NCBI GenBank assembly: GCA_001774105.1
Contig: MEYT01000042.1
Location: 1-53,701 of the forward strand
Direction of reading: 5' to 3'
Origin: Candidatus Azambacteria bacterium RIFCSPLOWO2_01_FULL_46_26
GTDB lineage: Bacteria; Patescibacteriota; Minisyncoccia; UBA9936
Length of the DNA: 53,701 bases
The stretch's first letter is position 1, and every line of letters starts with the position of its first letter. This document shows positions 1 to 10,710 of this stretch, piece by piece. The notes under the pieces were generated by a model that worked only from the letters and a program-made list of their open reading frames with translations, did no database searches and was not told the origin of the DNA. A program made the position numbers and the translations under genes.

Positions 1-1
1 C

Positions 2-529
2 TTGTTCCAGTTCAAAGAATTCGCGCTTGGCAAAGCCGAAGGTGTTGGCAATGAGGTTATTGGGAAAACTTTCAATGGCGGTGTTGTAGTCCATTACCGT
101 GCCGTTGTAAAATCTTCTGGCCGCCTGAATTTTGTTTTCCGTGTCCGTCAAATCCATCTGGAGATGGGTAAAATTCTCGGAGGCCCGCAAGTTCGGATAA
201 TTTTCCGAAACCGCGAACAACGTCTTAAGCGCGCCGGCCAGCATGTTTTCCGCGGCCGCCAATTCTTTCACGTCTCCCGACGCCTCGGCGCTGAGAGCTC
301 TTGTTCTGGCTTCGGTCACGTTTTCCAAAACTCCTTTTTCGTGCGCCGCGTAGCCCTTAACCGTCTCAACCAGATTCGGAATCAAGTCATATCTCCTTTT
401 TAACTGCACGTCAATGTCCGACCATCCCTCGCTGACGCGATTTCTTCTTTTGACGAGGCCGTTGTAAATCGTTATCAGCCAGACGATCGCGACGGCCACT
501 ATAATTAAAATAACCCATAATGGATTCAT
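2..529 (-). CDS. lemA: LemA family protein (C-terminus runs off the window edge)
   Basis: This ORF is open at the window edge and absent from the supplied ORF track. My reverse translation from the ATG at 529 reads [71 protein letters not shown]... It has an N-terminal TM helix plus the [22 protein letters not shown] LemA signature. Plus-strand ORF 2..403 is its antisense shadow. Confidence 0.85.
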   Translation of the reverse strand, partial: MNPLWVILIIVAVAIVWLITIYNGLVKRRNRVSEGWSDIDVQLKRRYDLIPNLVETVKGYAAHEKGVLENVTEARTRALSAEASGDVKELAAAENMLAGALKTLFAVSENYPNLRASENFTHLQMDLTDTENKIQAARRFYNGTVMDYNTAIESFPNNLIANTFGFAKREFFELEQ

Positions 530-640
530 GATGATTTTTACTTACAACTCGCAACTCGCAACCGACAATATTTCCATTGTTAGTTGTAAATTGTTAGTTA
601 TTAGTTGTTTATTATAGTATACCACGACTGACTTAATTTT

Positions 641-673
641 AAAAAAAGCTCCAATGCGATTTCGCATTGGAGC
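641..673 (-). terminator. Rho-independent terminator after the aminotransferase gene
   Basis: Stem GCTCCAATGCGA/TCGCATTGGAGC (648-673) is followed on the minus strand by a T7 run (641-647). Confidence 0.85.
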
Positions 674-691
674 GTCTGTTAAAATATTTTA

Positions 692-2005
692 TTAAACTAT
701 GACTCCGTCGGGAACGGTCGGCGGCGCAACCGTCTTGATCGCGTCCGTTATAATATTCATTCCTTCCGCGATTTCATCGGCGGTGATTGTCAGAGGCGGC
801 ATTATCCGCAACACCGACTCGCCCGCCCCTATCACTATCAATTTTCTCTTGTAGCACTCTTCCGCCACTTTATTCCTGGTCGCGCCGTCGGTAAATTCAA
901 TTCCCCACATCGCGCCCAATCCCCTAACGGACACGATTGTCCAACCGAAGGCGATTTTCAATTGATAAAGATAAGCGGAAATTTCTTTGGAAACGCGTTT
1001 AACATCATCGCCAAAGCCATCTTCAAGCATTATCTCAATCGTCTCGCGTGCCGCGGCCGCCGCCAGCAGATTTCCGCCGTTGGTCGTTGAATGCCGGCCG
1101 TTTTCGTCCCAATTGAGGTCGGCCCTGAATACCATCGCGCCTATAGGAGCGACCCCGGAACCCAAGGCCTTTGCCAGCGTCATAATGTCGGGCTCAATTC
1201 CGTAATGCTCGCTCGCGAACATTTTGCCGGTCCTGTACATTCCGGTCTGGATTTCGTCAATCGCGACGAGAATATTATGCTCCCTGCAAATTTCAATCAA
1301 CGCTTTCACCGCTTTCGGATCCGCGGGAATTATTCCCCCTTCTCCCTGAACGAGTTCCATTATCATCACATTGACTTCTTCGGGCGGAAGCAATTTCTTA
1401 AACTGCCGCTTCATCGCGCCGACGCAGTTGTTTTTCCAATCGCTCCCTTGGGCCGGAAAAGGAAAATGATGAGCCTTATAAGCCAACGGATAATTACGAA
1501 CGTGTATTTCTTTGCTCGCCATCAACGGAATCACGCCTAAAGTTCTGCCGTGAAAAGCGCCTTCAAAAGCGATAACTCTTTTGCGCTCCGGCCTTTTGGC
1601 AAAACAAAGTTTCAAAGCCGCTTCGTTCGCCTCGGCGCCCGAGGAACACAAAAACACTTTTTTCGGAAAATCTCCGGGAGTGATTTCCGCCAGGCGCCGG
1701 CACAACTCGGCCGGCCTGTGGCTCGCCCAATCATGGTACAAAAACTGGGTCAAGCCCGTAGTCATCTGGTTCAGCACCGCGTCGTAAATTCTTTCAGGCC
1801 GGTATCCGAGATTGCTTACCCCGACGCCGGAAGTGAAATCCAAATACCATTCGCCGTCAATGCTCTGAACTTTTACACCCCTTCCCTTCACGGGCACGAA
1901 CGGAGAACAGATTGTGGTCCTCGCGGAATATTCAAAAGCATCCCGCAAAATAAGTTTGGCTTTCGGCCCTGCCAATTCAATAAGCCGTTTTTCATGCTCT
2001 TTCAT
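692..2005 (-). CDS. Class-III PLP-dependent aminotransferase (acetylornithine/GABA aminotransferase-like)
   Basis: 437 aa. Motifs SSGAEANEAALKL, DEIQTGMYRTGKMFA and the PLP-lysine context TLAKALGSG are present. A rho-independent terminator lies downstream. Confidence 0.85.
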   Translation of the reverse strand: MKEHEKRLIELAGPKAKLILRDAFEYSARTTICSPFVPVKGRGVKVQSIDGEWYLDFTSGVGVSNLGYRPERIYDAVLNQMTTGLTQFLYHDWASHRPAELCRRLAEITPGDFPKKVFLCSSGAEANEAALKLCFAKRPERKRVIAFEGAFHGRTLGVIPLMASKEIHVRNYPLAYKAHHFPFPAQGSDWKNNCVGAMKRQFKKLLPPEEVNVMIMELVQGEGGIIPADPKAVKALIEICREHNILVAIDEIQTGMYRTGKMFASEHYGIEPDIMTLAKALGSGVAPIGAMVFRADLNWDENGRHSTTNGGNLLAAAAARETIEIMLEDGFGDDVKRVSKEISAYLYQLKIAFGWTIVSVRGLGAMWGIEFTDGATRNKVAEECYKRKLIVIGAGESVLRIMPPLTITADEIAEGMNIITDAIKTVAPPTVPDGVIV

Positions 2006-2059
2006 TTTTTAACCTCGCAACCATCATTTTAAGGTGCTTTTCAATGCCCCAACGATAAC

Positions 2060-2088
2060 AAAAAAGGTTGATTATGTCAACCTTTTTT
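2060..2088 (-). terminator. Rho-independent terminator after groEL
   Basis: AAAAAAGGTTGA-ttatg-TCAACCTTTTTT is symmetric, with U-runs in both directions. Confidence 0.8.
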
Positions 2089-2116
2089 GTTCAGAAATAA
2101 TAATAAACGCGTTCTA

Positions 2117-3772
<1,656 letters not shown>

Positions 3773-3842
3773 CTAGCCGGTAGTTTGTAGGTGAGAAAAA
3801 AATTCTTCTTCCTAAAAAGCTACAAGCTAATAAGCTGTCTTG

Positions 3843-4133
3843 CTATTCTAAAATTGCGAGTATGTCTTCCTCTTTCGCCACCAGATACTCTTTATTATCG
3901 ATTTTAATTTCGTTCGGCCCGTACTTCGTGAAAAGCACGACGTCGCCTTTCTTGACGCTCATCGGAATTCTTTTGCCGTCCTCGTTCAATTTGCCCGGAC
4001 CGACGGCGATGATCTTGCCCTGCATCGGTTTTTCTTTGCTTACCGTCTCCGGTAAAACGATGCCCGAGGCGGTTTTTTCTTCCTTGGACATAGGCTCAAT
4101 GAAAACATGATCGTTTAATGGTTGTATTTTCAT
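3843..4133 (-). CDS. groES: Co-chaperonin GroES (10 kDa)
   Basis: 96 aa. Starts MKIQPLNDHVFIEP, contains GKIIAVGPG, lies directly upstream of groEL, and has CIRCE in its leader. Confidence 0.97.
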   Translation of the reverse strand: MKIQPLNDHVFIEPMSKEEKTASGIVLPETVSKEKPMQGKIIAVGPGKLNEDGKRIPMSVKKGDVVLFTKYGPNEIKIDNKEYLVAKEEDILAILE

Positions 4134-4184
4134 AAAAGGATTGTTCTTGTTGTTAGTTATCGGTTGTTAATTATTGGTTTGAAT

Positions 4185-4211
4185 TTAGCACTCCCGACCT
4201 TTGAGTGCCAA
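4185..4211 (-). promoter_or_regulatory. CIRCE operator (HrcA binding site) in the groES leader
   Basis: TTAGCACTC-CCGACCTTT-GAGTGCCAA compared with the consensus TTAGCACTC-N9-GAGTGCTAA has one mismatch. Confidence 0.92.
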
Positions 4212-4223
4212 TTTTACTTTCTA

Positions 4224-4251
4224 ATTTTATGCGCTTTAACGGACTTGTCAA
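4224..4251 (-). promoter_or_regulatory. Sigma70-type promoter of groES-groEL
   Basis: On the minus strand, TTGACA (4246-4251), a 16-nt spacer and TAAAAT (4224-4229) lie just upstream of CIRCE. Confidence 0.75.
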
Positions 4252-4266
4252 GTCCTTGTCCAAAAA

Positions 4267-4294
4267 TTAAAAAACGACGGCTTTTTTGCCGTCG
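4267..4294 (-). terminator. Rho-independent terminator after ORF 4323-4745
   Basis: Stem CGACGGC/GCCGTCG has a T6 loop and a T-run on the minus strand. Confidence 0.75.
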
Positions 4295-4322
4295 CTCAAC
4301 TGAATAATTATTTCTTAAACTC

Positions 4323-4745
4323 TTAAAACTTCTCCAGCAACTTCAATTCCTTAATGATTCTTTGCTTAAACTCTTCCAGGGCTTCATCCGTTTTCACCAA
4401 AATCGGAATCGTCGCCCGTTCTCCCATTTCTTTCCCTTTCTCAAGATGCTCGTTCACTCCCGCCCGCGAACTCTTAAAGTCGATCGGGATTTTATCGCCA
4501 TTCAAAGCGTAAACCATCGCATCAATACCTTGCCGGTCCCAATCGTCCCATTTTTTGCTGAAATGAACCCTGGTAATCAGGCCGTCCTGCTCCAGTTCCT
4601 CAAGCGCTTGCCGTCCTTTTTTCTCGCGCGTATCCCCCTTTTTTTTGGATTGAATCCTTATTTGTCTTAAAACAGAAAAACCTTGTTTTGTCGTTTTGTT
4701 GCGCGAATGAAAGCCGTGCCTTCTTTTATCCTTTTCGCGGCGCAC
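4323..4745 (-). CDS. Hypothetical small protein with a very basic N-terminus and a possible PD-(D/E)xK-like motif
   Basis: 140 aa ORF with its own terminator (4267-4294). The N-terminal 45 aa are Lys/Arg-rich. The stretch GIDAMVYALNGDKIPIDFKSS resembles a D...DxK nuclease core. I recognise no family. Confidence 0.55.
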   Translation of the reverse strand: MRREKDKRRHGFHSRNKTTKQGFSVLRQIRIQSKKKGDTREKKGRQALEELEQDGLITRVHFSKKWDDWDRQGIDAMVYALNGDKIPIDFKSSRAGVNEHLEKGKEMGERATIPILVKTDEALEEFKQRIIKELKLLEKF

Positions 4746-4797
4746 TCTCTCTTTTTCCTCCTTTCATTCAATCAAAATGAATATCTTGAATTTATTT

Positions 4798-5853
4798 TTA
4801 AACGCGTCCCAACTCGGACAAGCCAAACTTTATCATGGTCTCTTTATACTTGTCAAGCACCGCGCTTTCGGGCGACTCCGGATGAAATCTCAAACGATCG
4901 TCCGAAACGAAAATGCCGGCTGACGACTGATGGGTCATTGGATTTTTCCGTATTTTGCTCCCTTGAACGCGCCTCAAAAACATTTCCAGACGGCCGCCCA
5001 AATAACCTTTCAGGACAAATTCCGCGGCGCGGGCCAAAAAAAGCAAAACCCGTATTTCTTTGATTCGCTTCAAGTTCATTTCAGCCAAATCGTCCCCGTT
5101 TCGCTTCGCGGATGAAACCGCTTGAAAATAATTTTTAATCCAGCCGTTTTCCTCCCTGAAGCGCGAGAAAAGATTCGGCTCTTTTTCAAATAAAAGAACA
5201 AGCTGATTGTAAATCTGGGCCGTGTAAAGAGACCGTCCGGCTTGAGGAATTTGAAGCGATTTGTCGGTGATGTAATGATTCAGACAAACTCTGTCTTTAA
5301 TTTTTTCGCCGTGCCGGCGCAAACCGAGAACGTGAGTCAAAATCGTGGCAAAGAAACGGGCCGTCCAGATTCTGCCGCTCTTGGCGACAATCAGCAAATC
5401 CAAGTCGCTTTCGGAATGACAGCTGTTTTGCGCCAGCGACCCGCTGACGAAAATCAAGCGCAAAAAAGGAACTGCCTGCAACAAGACGGCGGCGTGCCGG
5501 AGCTTTTTCCATTTTTTGGAGGAAATTTTTTCCCGTTCAATCCTCTGCTCAACCAAATAACTTCGGCCGTTTAAAAAATAAAAACCGTTTTTTTCTTCAA
5601 TAAAATTTTTTAACGCGCTGTTTGAAAAAAGAGCCGAGCAAACTTGCCCATAATCAATTTTTTTCGGTCCCTTTTCCTCGGGGTTTTTCGTCAAATATTC
5701 ATAAACCTCGAACGAAGTCAGGGGGAAATTCAAACAATCGTAATAAACAATCGTCCTTAAAATGGAATGTTCCACATTTGACATGGATTTTATTTGCATT
5801 AATCTGAAGTTAATAGTTCTTTTTAATTCTAACATTATGAAAGGGGGTGGCAA
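4798..5853 (-). CDS. Nucleotidyltransferase-domain (Pol-beta superfamily) protein
   Basis: 351 aa. VSGSLAQNSCHSESDLDLLIV matches the GS-x(n)-DxD minimal NTase motif. The start is uncertain: internal Met codons (MQIKSMSNVEH) would remove the 7-nt overlap with the divergent gene. Confidence 0.65.
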   Translation of the reverse strand: MPPPFIMLELKRTINFRLMQIKSMSNVEHSILRTIVYYDCLNFPLTSFEVYEYLTKNPEEKGPKKIDYGQVCSALFSNSALKNFIEEKNGFYFLNGRSYLVEQRIEREKISSKKWKKLRHAAVLLQAVPFLRLIFVSGSLAQNSCHSESDLDLLIVAKSGRIWTARFFATILTHVLGLRRHGEKIKDRVCLNHYITDKSLQIPQAGRSLYTAQIYNQLVLLFEKEPNLFSRFREENGWIKNYFQAVSSAKRNGDDLAEMNLKRIKEIRVLLFLARAAEFVLKGYLGGRLEMFLRRVQGSKIRKNPMTHQSSAGIFVSDDRLRFHPESPESAVLDKYKETMIKFGLSELGRV

Positions 5854-6722
5854 GAGTGCCTTCGGAATTGAAAAAAACGCTGATTGAGATGCTCACCGAA
5901 GAAGAAAAAAAGAAAAGGGACAACTGGTGGCTGACAAAATGGATTCTGGCGATTATCCCGTTTTGGCTTAAACCGAACGTTCTGACTTTTTTAAGAGTTT
6001 TCCTGGTTATCGTATCTTATAAATTGTGGCAGACGCAAAACGAGATTTCTTCTCTTCAGCTCTTAATCCTCGGCTTTGCCGCCATAACCGACTGGATTGA
6101 CGGCTCAATGGCAAGAACGAGAAATCAAATCACGGCTTTGGGCACGATTTTGGACCCCGTTGCCGACGACCTCCTTGGATTCTGGATTATTCTTCTTCTT
6201 GTTTACAGCAACGCCCTTTCCCCTCTGCCGGGATTCGGATTAATCTTCTGCGAACTCGCCCTGGCCACGGGAGCCGGCGTTTGGCTGCTGGTTGAATTGA
6301 TTAAATCCCGCAAAAGCGGGGCGGCCTCGCGCGTGCGAGTGTCCGCAATAGTGCTTGACAACGTCAAAGTCAACATAATCGGCCGCTACCGTTTCGGATT
6401 CATGCTCGGCGGTTTGGGACTTCTGATTTTGGCTTTCGCTCGCGATCGGGCAACGCTCTTTTTTTATTTCGGCCATCTCTATCCTCCGCTCATTTTAATC
6501 GGCATTGCCTTGCTGGTTCTCGGGTTCATTGACAACAAAGGGCGTTTAATAAACATCGGCAAATTCGTCACCAGCATCGCCATAATAATGACAATCCTCT
6601 CCGTCATTGAACCCTTCGCCCTAATCGCCGGCCGCCTGCTTGTCTATCTCTCTTTCGCCGCTTTCGCGCTGGAAATAGTCGGCTATTTAAAAAACATACA
6701 TGACGCGCAAAAAGCCGCTTGA
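5847..6722 (+). CDS. CDP-alcohol phosphatidyltransferase family membrane protein
   Basis: 291 aa, polytopic. DWIDGSMARTRNQITALGTILDPVADDL matches DG-x2-AR-x8-G-x3-D-x3-D. GTG 5856, about 8 nt after AAGGGGG, is an alternative start. Confidence 0.85.
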   Translation: MARVPSELKKTLIEMLTEEEKKKRDNWWLTKWILAIIPFWLKPNVLTFLRVFLVIVSYKLWQTQNEISSLQLLILGFAAITDWIDGSMARTRNQITALGTILDPVADDLLGFWIILLLVYSNALSPLPGFGLIFCELALATGAGVWLLVELIKSRKSGAASRVRVSAIVLDNVKVNIIGRYRFGFMLGGLGLLILAFARDRATLFFYFGHLYPPLILIGIALLVLGFIDNKGRLINIGKFVTSIAIIMTILSVIEPFALIAGRLLVYLSFAAFALEIVGYLKNIHDAQKAA

Positions 6723-6807
6723 AAAATCAAGCGGTTTTTATTTGCCATTTTTATCTAAATTTTCAAGTCCTAAAAGGACGAAGAAAATTTAGTCATAAAA
6801 CTTAGCA

Positions 6808-6848
6808 CCCTGTTAAATAATTTTGCTTCGCAAAATTATTTAACAGGG
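6808..6848. terminator. Perfect 19-bp hairpin between convergent genes (bidirectional terminator candidate)
   Basis: CCCTGTTAAATAATTTTGC-ttc-GCAAAATTATTTAACAGGG. A second nested hairpin lies at about 6755-6800 (CTAAATTTTC...GTCCTaaaAGGAC...GAAAATTTAG). Confidence 0.7.
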
Positions 6849-6877
6849 TAAAGGTTTTGTTACCAAAAATCCTGCGC

Positions 6878-9715
6878 CTACAGCTTGGATTTTTGGACAA
6901 AGCCCTTTAAATACTCCCCGGTGTAAGATTTTGTATTCTTGGCGATTTCTTCCGGGCTTCCTTCGGCAATGACGCGTCCGCCGCCCTCTCCTCCTTCCGG
7001 CCCCAAATCAATAAGCCAGTCCGCCGAACGCAGCACGTCAAGATTGTGTTCTATAACCAGCACGGTGTTTCCTTTGTTGACAAGTTCACTCAAGACGCCG
7101 AGGAGCCGCCTGATGTCGTCAAAGTGCAGGCCGGTCGTCGGTTCGTCCAAAATGTAAAAAGTCCGGCCGGTCCCGCGGCGCGAAAGCTCGGACGCCAATT
7201 TTATCCGCTGGGCTTCGCCGCCGGAAAGAGTCGTGGCCGGCTGTCCAAGTTCAACGTAGCCCAAACCCACTTCAAAAAGCGTTGTCAGTTTTTGATGAAG
7301 AGCCGGAATCTTTTCAAAAAATTTCATAGCGTCCTCAACCGTCATCTTCAAGACCTGGGCGATGTTCTTTCCTTTATATTCGATTTCCAAGGCCTCTTGA
7401 TTATAACGGCTGCCGCGGCATTCTTCGCATTCAACGTAGACGTCGGGCAAAAAGTGCATTTCAATTTTTTTCAACCCCTGGCCTTCGCAATGTTCGCACC
7501 GGCCGCCTTTGACGTTAAAGCTGAATCTTCCGGCGCCGTAACCGCGAATCTTCGCTTCGTGGCTTTTGGCGAAAAGATCGCGGATGACGGTAAAAATTCC
7601 GGTGTAAGTCGCCGGATTTGAACGGGGCGTCCGGCCGATCGGCGACTGGTCAACGCTGATTACCTTGTCGATATGTTCAATCCCTAAAATTTCTTCGTGC
7701 CTCCCGGGAATCACCTGGGCGCGATAAAATTTCGCCGCCAGGGCCTTGGCCAAAATGTCGTTCACCAAAGTGCTTTTGCCCGAACCTGACACGCCGCTGA
7801 CGCAGACGAATTTTCCCAGAGGAATTTTAACGTCAATATTTTTCAAATTATGTTCAGCCGCGCCTTTGACAACCAAATTTTTTTCATTCTCTTTTTCATT
7901 CAGCGCCGGCGCTTCCCGCCTTTTCATAACCGCGGTCTTTCGTCCGAAAAGATAATCGGCGGTCAGGGTCTTGGCTTTCTTTAAATCGGCGGACGTACCC
8001 TGAAAAATGACTTCTCCGCCGTGGCGGCCGGCGCCCGGACCAAGATCAACCACCCAATCCGCGGCTAAAATGGTCTGCGCGTCGTGCTCAACGACCAAAA
8101 CCGTGTTTCCCAAATCGCGCAAGCGTCTGAGCGTTTCAATCAAACGCGCGTGATCCCGCGGATGCAAACCGACTGACGGCTCGTCCAGAATGTAAAGCAC
8201 CCCGACCAACCGGGAGCCGATCTGGGTCGCGAGCCGTATTCTCTGTGCCTCTCCGCCAGCCAGAGTCGTTGACTCGCGCTCCAGCGTCAGATATTCGAGC
8301 CCCACATCAATTAAAAATTGCAGACGGCCGATGATTTCTTTGACAATCGGGGCGGCAATCGGCTTTTCCGAAACTTTTAAACCGCCGTCCAAAAGATTTT
8401 CAAAAAAATTTTTTGCGGCGCTGATATCCAAAGAACTTGTGTCATAAATGTTTTTTCCGGCTAAAAGCACGGCCAGTGCTTCTCTCATCAGCCGCCTGCC
8501 GCCGCAGGCCGGACATTTTTGAATCACCATGTATTTTTCAAGCTCGGCTCTTGTCCATTCCGACTCGGTTTCTTTCCAACGCCTTTTGAGATTCGGAATA
8601 ACCCCCTCGAACTTTCCGTCCTTTTCTCCGTTCAAAATCAAGTCAATAACCTCCTTAGGCAATTCCTTGACCGGCACATTCAAAGAAAAATTATGGCGTT
8701 CCGCGAGTTCGGAGAGAATGTACCAGTACCAGCTTTGGCGGCCGACCCGATGGGACGCCGAAGCCCACGGCCTGATCGCTCCTTCGGCCAAGGTCAAATT
8801 TTTATTCGGAATGACCAGTTCCTGCGAAACCTCAAGCTGCGTTCCGAGTCCTGTGCAGGCCGGACAAGCGCCGTAAGGACTGTTAAATGAGAAAAGCCGC
8901 GGTTCTATCTGAGGCAAATTAATTTCGCATTCCGGGCAGGCGAACATTTCCGAAAAAATCAAATCATCGGACTTCCGCGCTTTTTTTCCGCTCTTAAAAA
9001 CATTCGCCATCACCAATCCTTTGCCGATCTTCAGTCCGGTTTCCAGCGAATCGACAAGCCGCGGCTTGTCGATTCGCTTGTCAACGACCAGGCGATCGAT
9101 GACCGCCTCAATGTCGTGAATTTTATATCTGTCCAATTTAAGCTCGATTGCTTCTTCAACGAGATGAATCGTCTTGTCGACTCTTACCCTTAAATAACCC
9201 GCCCTTTGAATTTCCTCCAAAATTCCGCGATGTTCGCCTTTCTTCCCGCGGATGACCGGCGCTAAAATCGCGATTTCGCTTTTAGCGGGCAATTTTAAAA
9301 TTTGATCCGCGATTTGCGAAACGCTCTGTTTTGAAACCAGCCGGCCGCATTTGGGGCAGTGCGGTTTGCCGATTCTGGCGAAAAGAAGCCGGAGATAATC
9401 GTAAATTTCCGTAATCGTCCCGACGGTTGAACGCGGATTTTTTGAAATGCTTTTCTGGTCAATGGCGATGGCCGGACTCAAACCCTCTATCTTGTCCACG
9501 TCCGGCTTGTCCATCACGCCGAGGAACTGTCTGGCGTAAGAAGAAAGCGACTCAATGTAGCGGCGCTGGCCTTCGGCGTAGATCGTGTCAAAAGCCAAAG
9601 AGGATTTTCCGGAACCGGAAAGCCCCGTGATAACCACCAACTTGTCGCGGGGAATCTCAAGATCAATGTTTTTGAGATTATGAACCCTCGCGCCTTTAAT
9701 AACGATTTTATCCAT
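6878..9715 (-). CDS. uvrA: Excinuclease ABC subunit A
   Basis: Two ABC ATPase modules ([23 protein letters not shown]), zinc-finger Cys clusters and LSGGEAQR signatures are present. I place the start at ATG 9715 ([17 protein letters not shown]) because an extended -10 TGTATAAT lies at 9728-9735, inside the longer ORF-track version. Confidence 0.95.
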   Translation of the reverse strand: MDKIVIKGARVHNLKNIDLEIPRDKLVVITGLSGSGKSSLAFDTIYAEGQRRYIESLSSYARQFLGVMDKPDVDKIEGLSPAIAIDQKSISKNPRSTVGTITEIYDYLRLLFARIGKPHCPKCGRLVSKQSVSQIADQILKLPAKSEIAILAPVIRGKKGEHRGILEEIQRAGYLRVRVDKTIHLVEEAIELKLDRYKIHDIEAVIDRLVVDKRIDKPRLVDSLETGLKIGKGLVMANVFKSGKKARKSDDLIFSEMFACPECEINLPQIEPRLFSFNSPYGACPACTGLGTQLEVSQELVIPNKNLTLAEGAIRPWASASHRVGRQSWYWYILSELAERHNFSLNVPVKELPKEVIDLILNGEKDGKFEGVIPNLKRRWKETESEWTRAELEKYMVIQKCPACGGRRLMREALAVLLAGKNIYDTSSLDISAAKNFFENLLDGGLKVSEKPIAAPIVKEIIGRLQFLIDVGLEYLTLERESTTLAGGEAQRIRLATQIGSRLVGVLYILDEPSVGLHPRDHARLIETLRRLRDLGNTVLVVEHDAQTILAADWVVDLGPGAGRHGGEVIFQGTSADLKKAKTLTADYLFGRKTAVMKRREAPALNEKENEKNLVVKGAAEHNLKNIDVKIPLGKFVCVSGVSGSGKSTLVNDILAKALAAKFYRAQVIPGRHEEILGIEHIDKVISVDQSPIGRTPRSNPATYTGIFTVIRDLFAKSHEAKIRGYGAGRFSFNVKGGRCEHCEGQGLKKIEMHFLPDVYVECEECRGSRYNQEALEIEYKGKNIAQVLKMTVEDAMKFFEKIPALHQKLTTLFEVGLGYVELGQPATTLSGGEAQRIKLASELSRRGTGRTFYILDEPTTGLHFDDIRRLLGVLSELVNKGNTVLVIEHNLDVLRSADWLIDLGPEGGEGGGRVIAEGSPEEIAKNTKSYTGEYLKGFVQKSKL

Positions 9716-9727
9716 ATTTAGTTTCGC

Positions 9728-9735
9728 ATTATACA
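9728..9735 (-). promoter_or_regulatory. Extended -10 promoter (TGTATAAT) of uvrA
   Basis: TGTATAAT lies 12 nt upstream of ATG 9715, which implies a very short or absent leader. Confidence 0.6.
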
Positions 9736-9803
9736 TTAAACGTCCGAAACAGTAAAGTCCTGCATTAATATGAATCAATTTGCTCAATCAGCTCTTCCTA
9801 TAA

Positions 9804-9832
9804 TAAAAAGCCCGCACATAGTTGTGTGCGGG
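9804..9832 (-). terminator. Rho-independent terminator after the secreted coiled-coil protein gene
   Basis: Stem CCCGCACA/TGTGCGGG (9811-9832) is followed by CTTTTTATT on the minus strand. Confidence 0.8.
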
Positions 9833-9850
9833 TATTTTGAAAAATTCAAT

Positions 9851-10576
9851 TTATTGCGCGCCATCCCAGACGCGTTGAAGACAGCGATGCGCGCGTTCCA
9901 TTCCGGTGTTTAGGTTGGGACTGGAAGCGTCGCCGGGCATTATTTCTATGGCTGTGCACTCTTGACTCAGGCCATTTCGTTTAATGAGGTCACGGAATGA
10001 CGGCGAGGACAGAAGCCGGTTGATGCGTTCGGTAAGCGCCTGTTGCTGCGCGTAAATATCGTTCAATGCGGCATTATTTTCTTTTGTTCTCTTTGCCCAA
10101 TCCAGCGTTGCGTTGCTCAAATCGTTAATGCGTTCATTGAGTCCTGCCGCGTACATATCCAGAGTGTCCGCGTGGGCGTTTATTCTGCCCCCCCAGTCGT
10201 TCAATTGCCCGGCTTTTGTGTTGCAGGCATTCACAAAGTTCTCGTCTTCAAATGTGCCCGTGCATTGAGCGTTATGAGCGATGACTTGCGCGTTTTGGTT
10301 GGCTGCCTCTGCGTCATGAGCGGCTAGATCTTTTTTGTAATTTGCGATCGCCCCGCTCAAAAGCTCGTCGGTGGCAATCAGCCGTTGTTCTTCCTGCGCG
10401 AGCGTCGCGGCTTTGGCTTCAGCGCTGTTTTTATCTTTTTGCAATTGCTCCAACTGACCCTTAAGATCATTTACGCGTTCAAGAATGTCGTTTGGAACCG
10501 CGGCAAACGAGTAATTCACCGTCAGCAAAAAAACAAAAACCATTGCCGTTTTCAACCACATTTTCACCAATTTCAC
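9851..10576 (-). CDS. Secreted coiled-coil protein with conserved cysteines, unknown function
   Basis: 241 aa. It has a signal peptide (MKLVKMWLKTAMVFVFLLTVNYSFA), a long Ala/Gln/Asn-rich helical region and 4 Cys. It has its own promoter, an AAGGAGG RBS and a terminator. Confidence 0.7.
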   Translation of the reverse strand: MKLVKMWLKTAMVFVFLLTVNYSFAAVPNDILERVNDLKGQLEQLQKDKNSAEAKAATLAQEEQRLIATDELLSGAIANYKKDLAAHDAEAANQNAQVIAHNAQCTGTFEDENFVNACNTKAGQLNDWGGRINAHADTLDMYAAGLNERINDLSNATLDWAKRTKENNAALNDIYAQQQALTERINRLLSSPSFRDLIKRNGLSQECTAIEIMPGDASSPNLNTGMERAHRCLQRVWDGAQ

Positions 10577-10648
10577 CTCCTTGTTAAGGTTCTCGTTACG
10601 GTCGGATATTCCGACTGCGACAACCGGCCTATTCCGGTTGTGATTGGT

Positions 10649-10676
10649 AAATTAACACAACAAAAAAATATGTCAA
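10649..10676 (-). promoter_or_regulatory. Sigma70-type promoter of the secreted coiled-coil protein gene
   Basis: On the minus strand, TTGACA (10671-10676), 16 nt and TAATTT (10649-10654) are followed by a leader of about 70 nt with two hairpins and AAGGAGG. Confidence 0.6.
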
Positions 10677-10710
10677 GACCCCTGACGGTTCATCGGGGGT
10701 CTTTTGTTTG

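Noticed and set aside
2-403. Plus-strand 133-aa ORF at the left edge
   Set aside because: It is antisense to a clear LemA-family reading frame (2-529, minus strand) and has no recognisable motifs. It is a shadow ORF.
9716-9787. N-terminal extensions in the ORF track (uvrA to 9787, recA to 27000, pilin 1 to 47810, rpsF from 24698, ftsK to 30116, rodZ-like to 27814)
   Set aside because: The extensions contain promoter elements or repeat arms and non-conserved residues. Canonical N-termini begin at internal ATG codons, so I used shorter coordinates.
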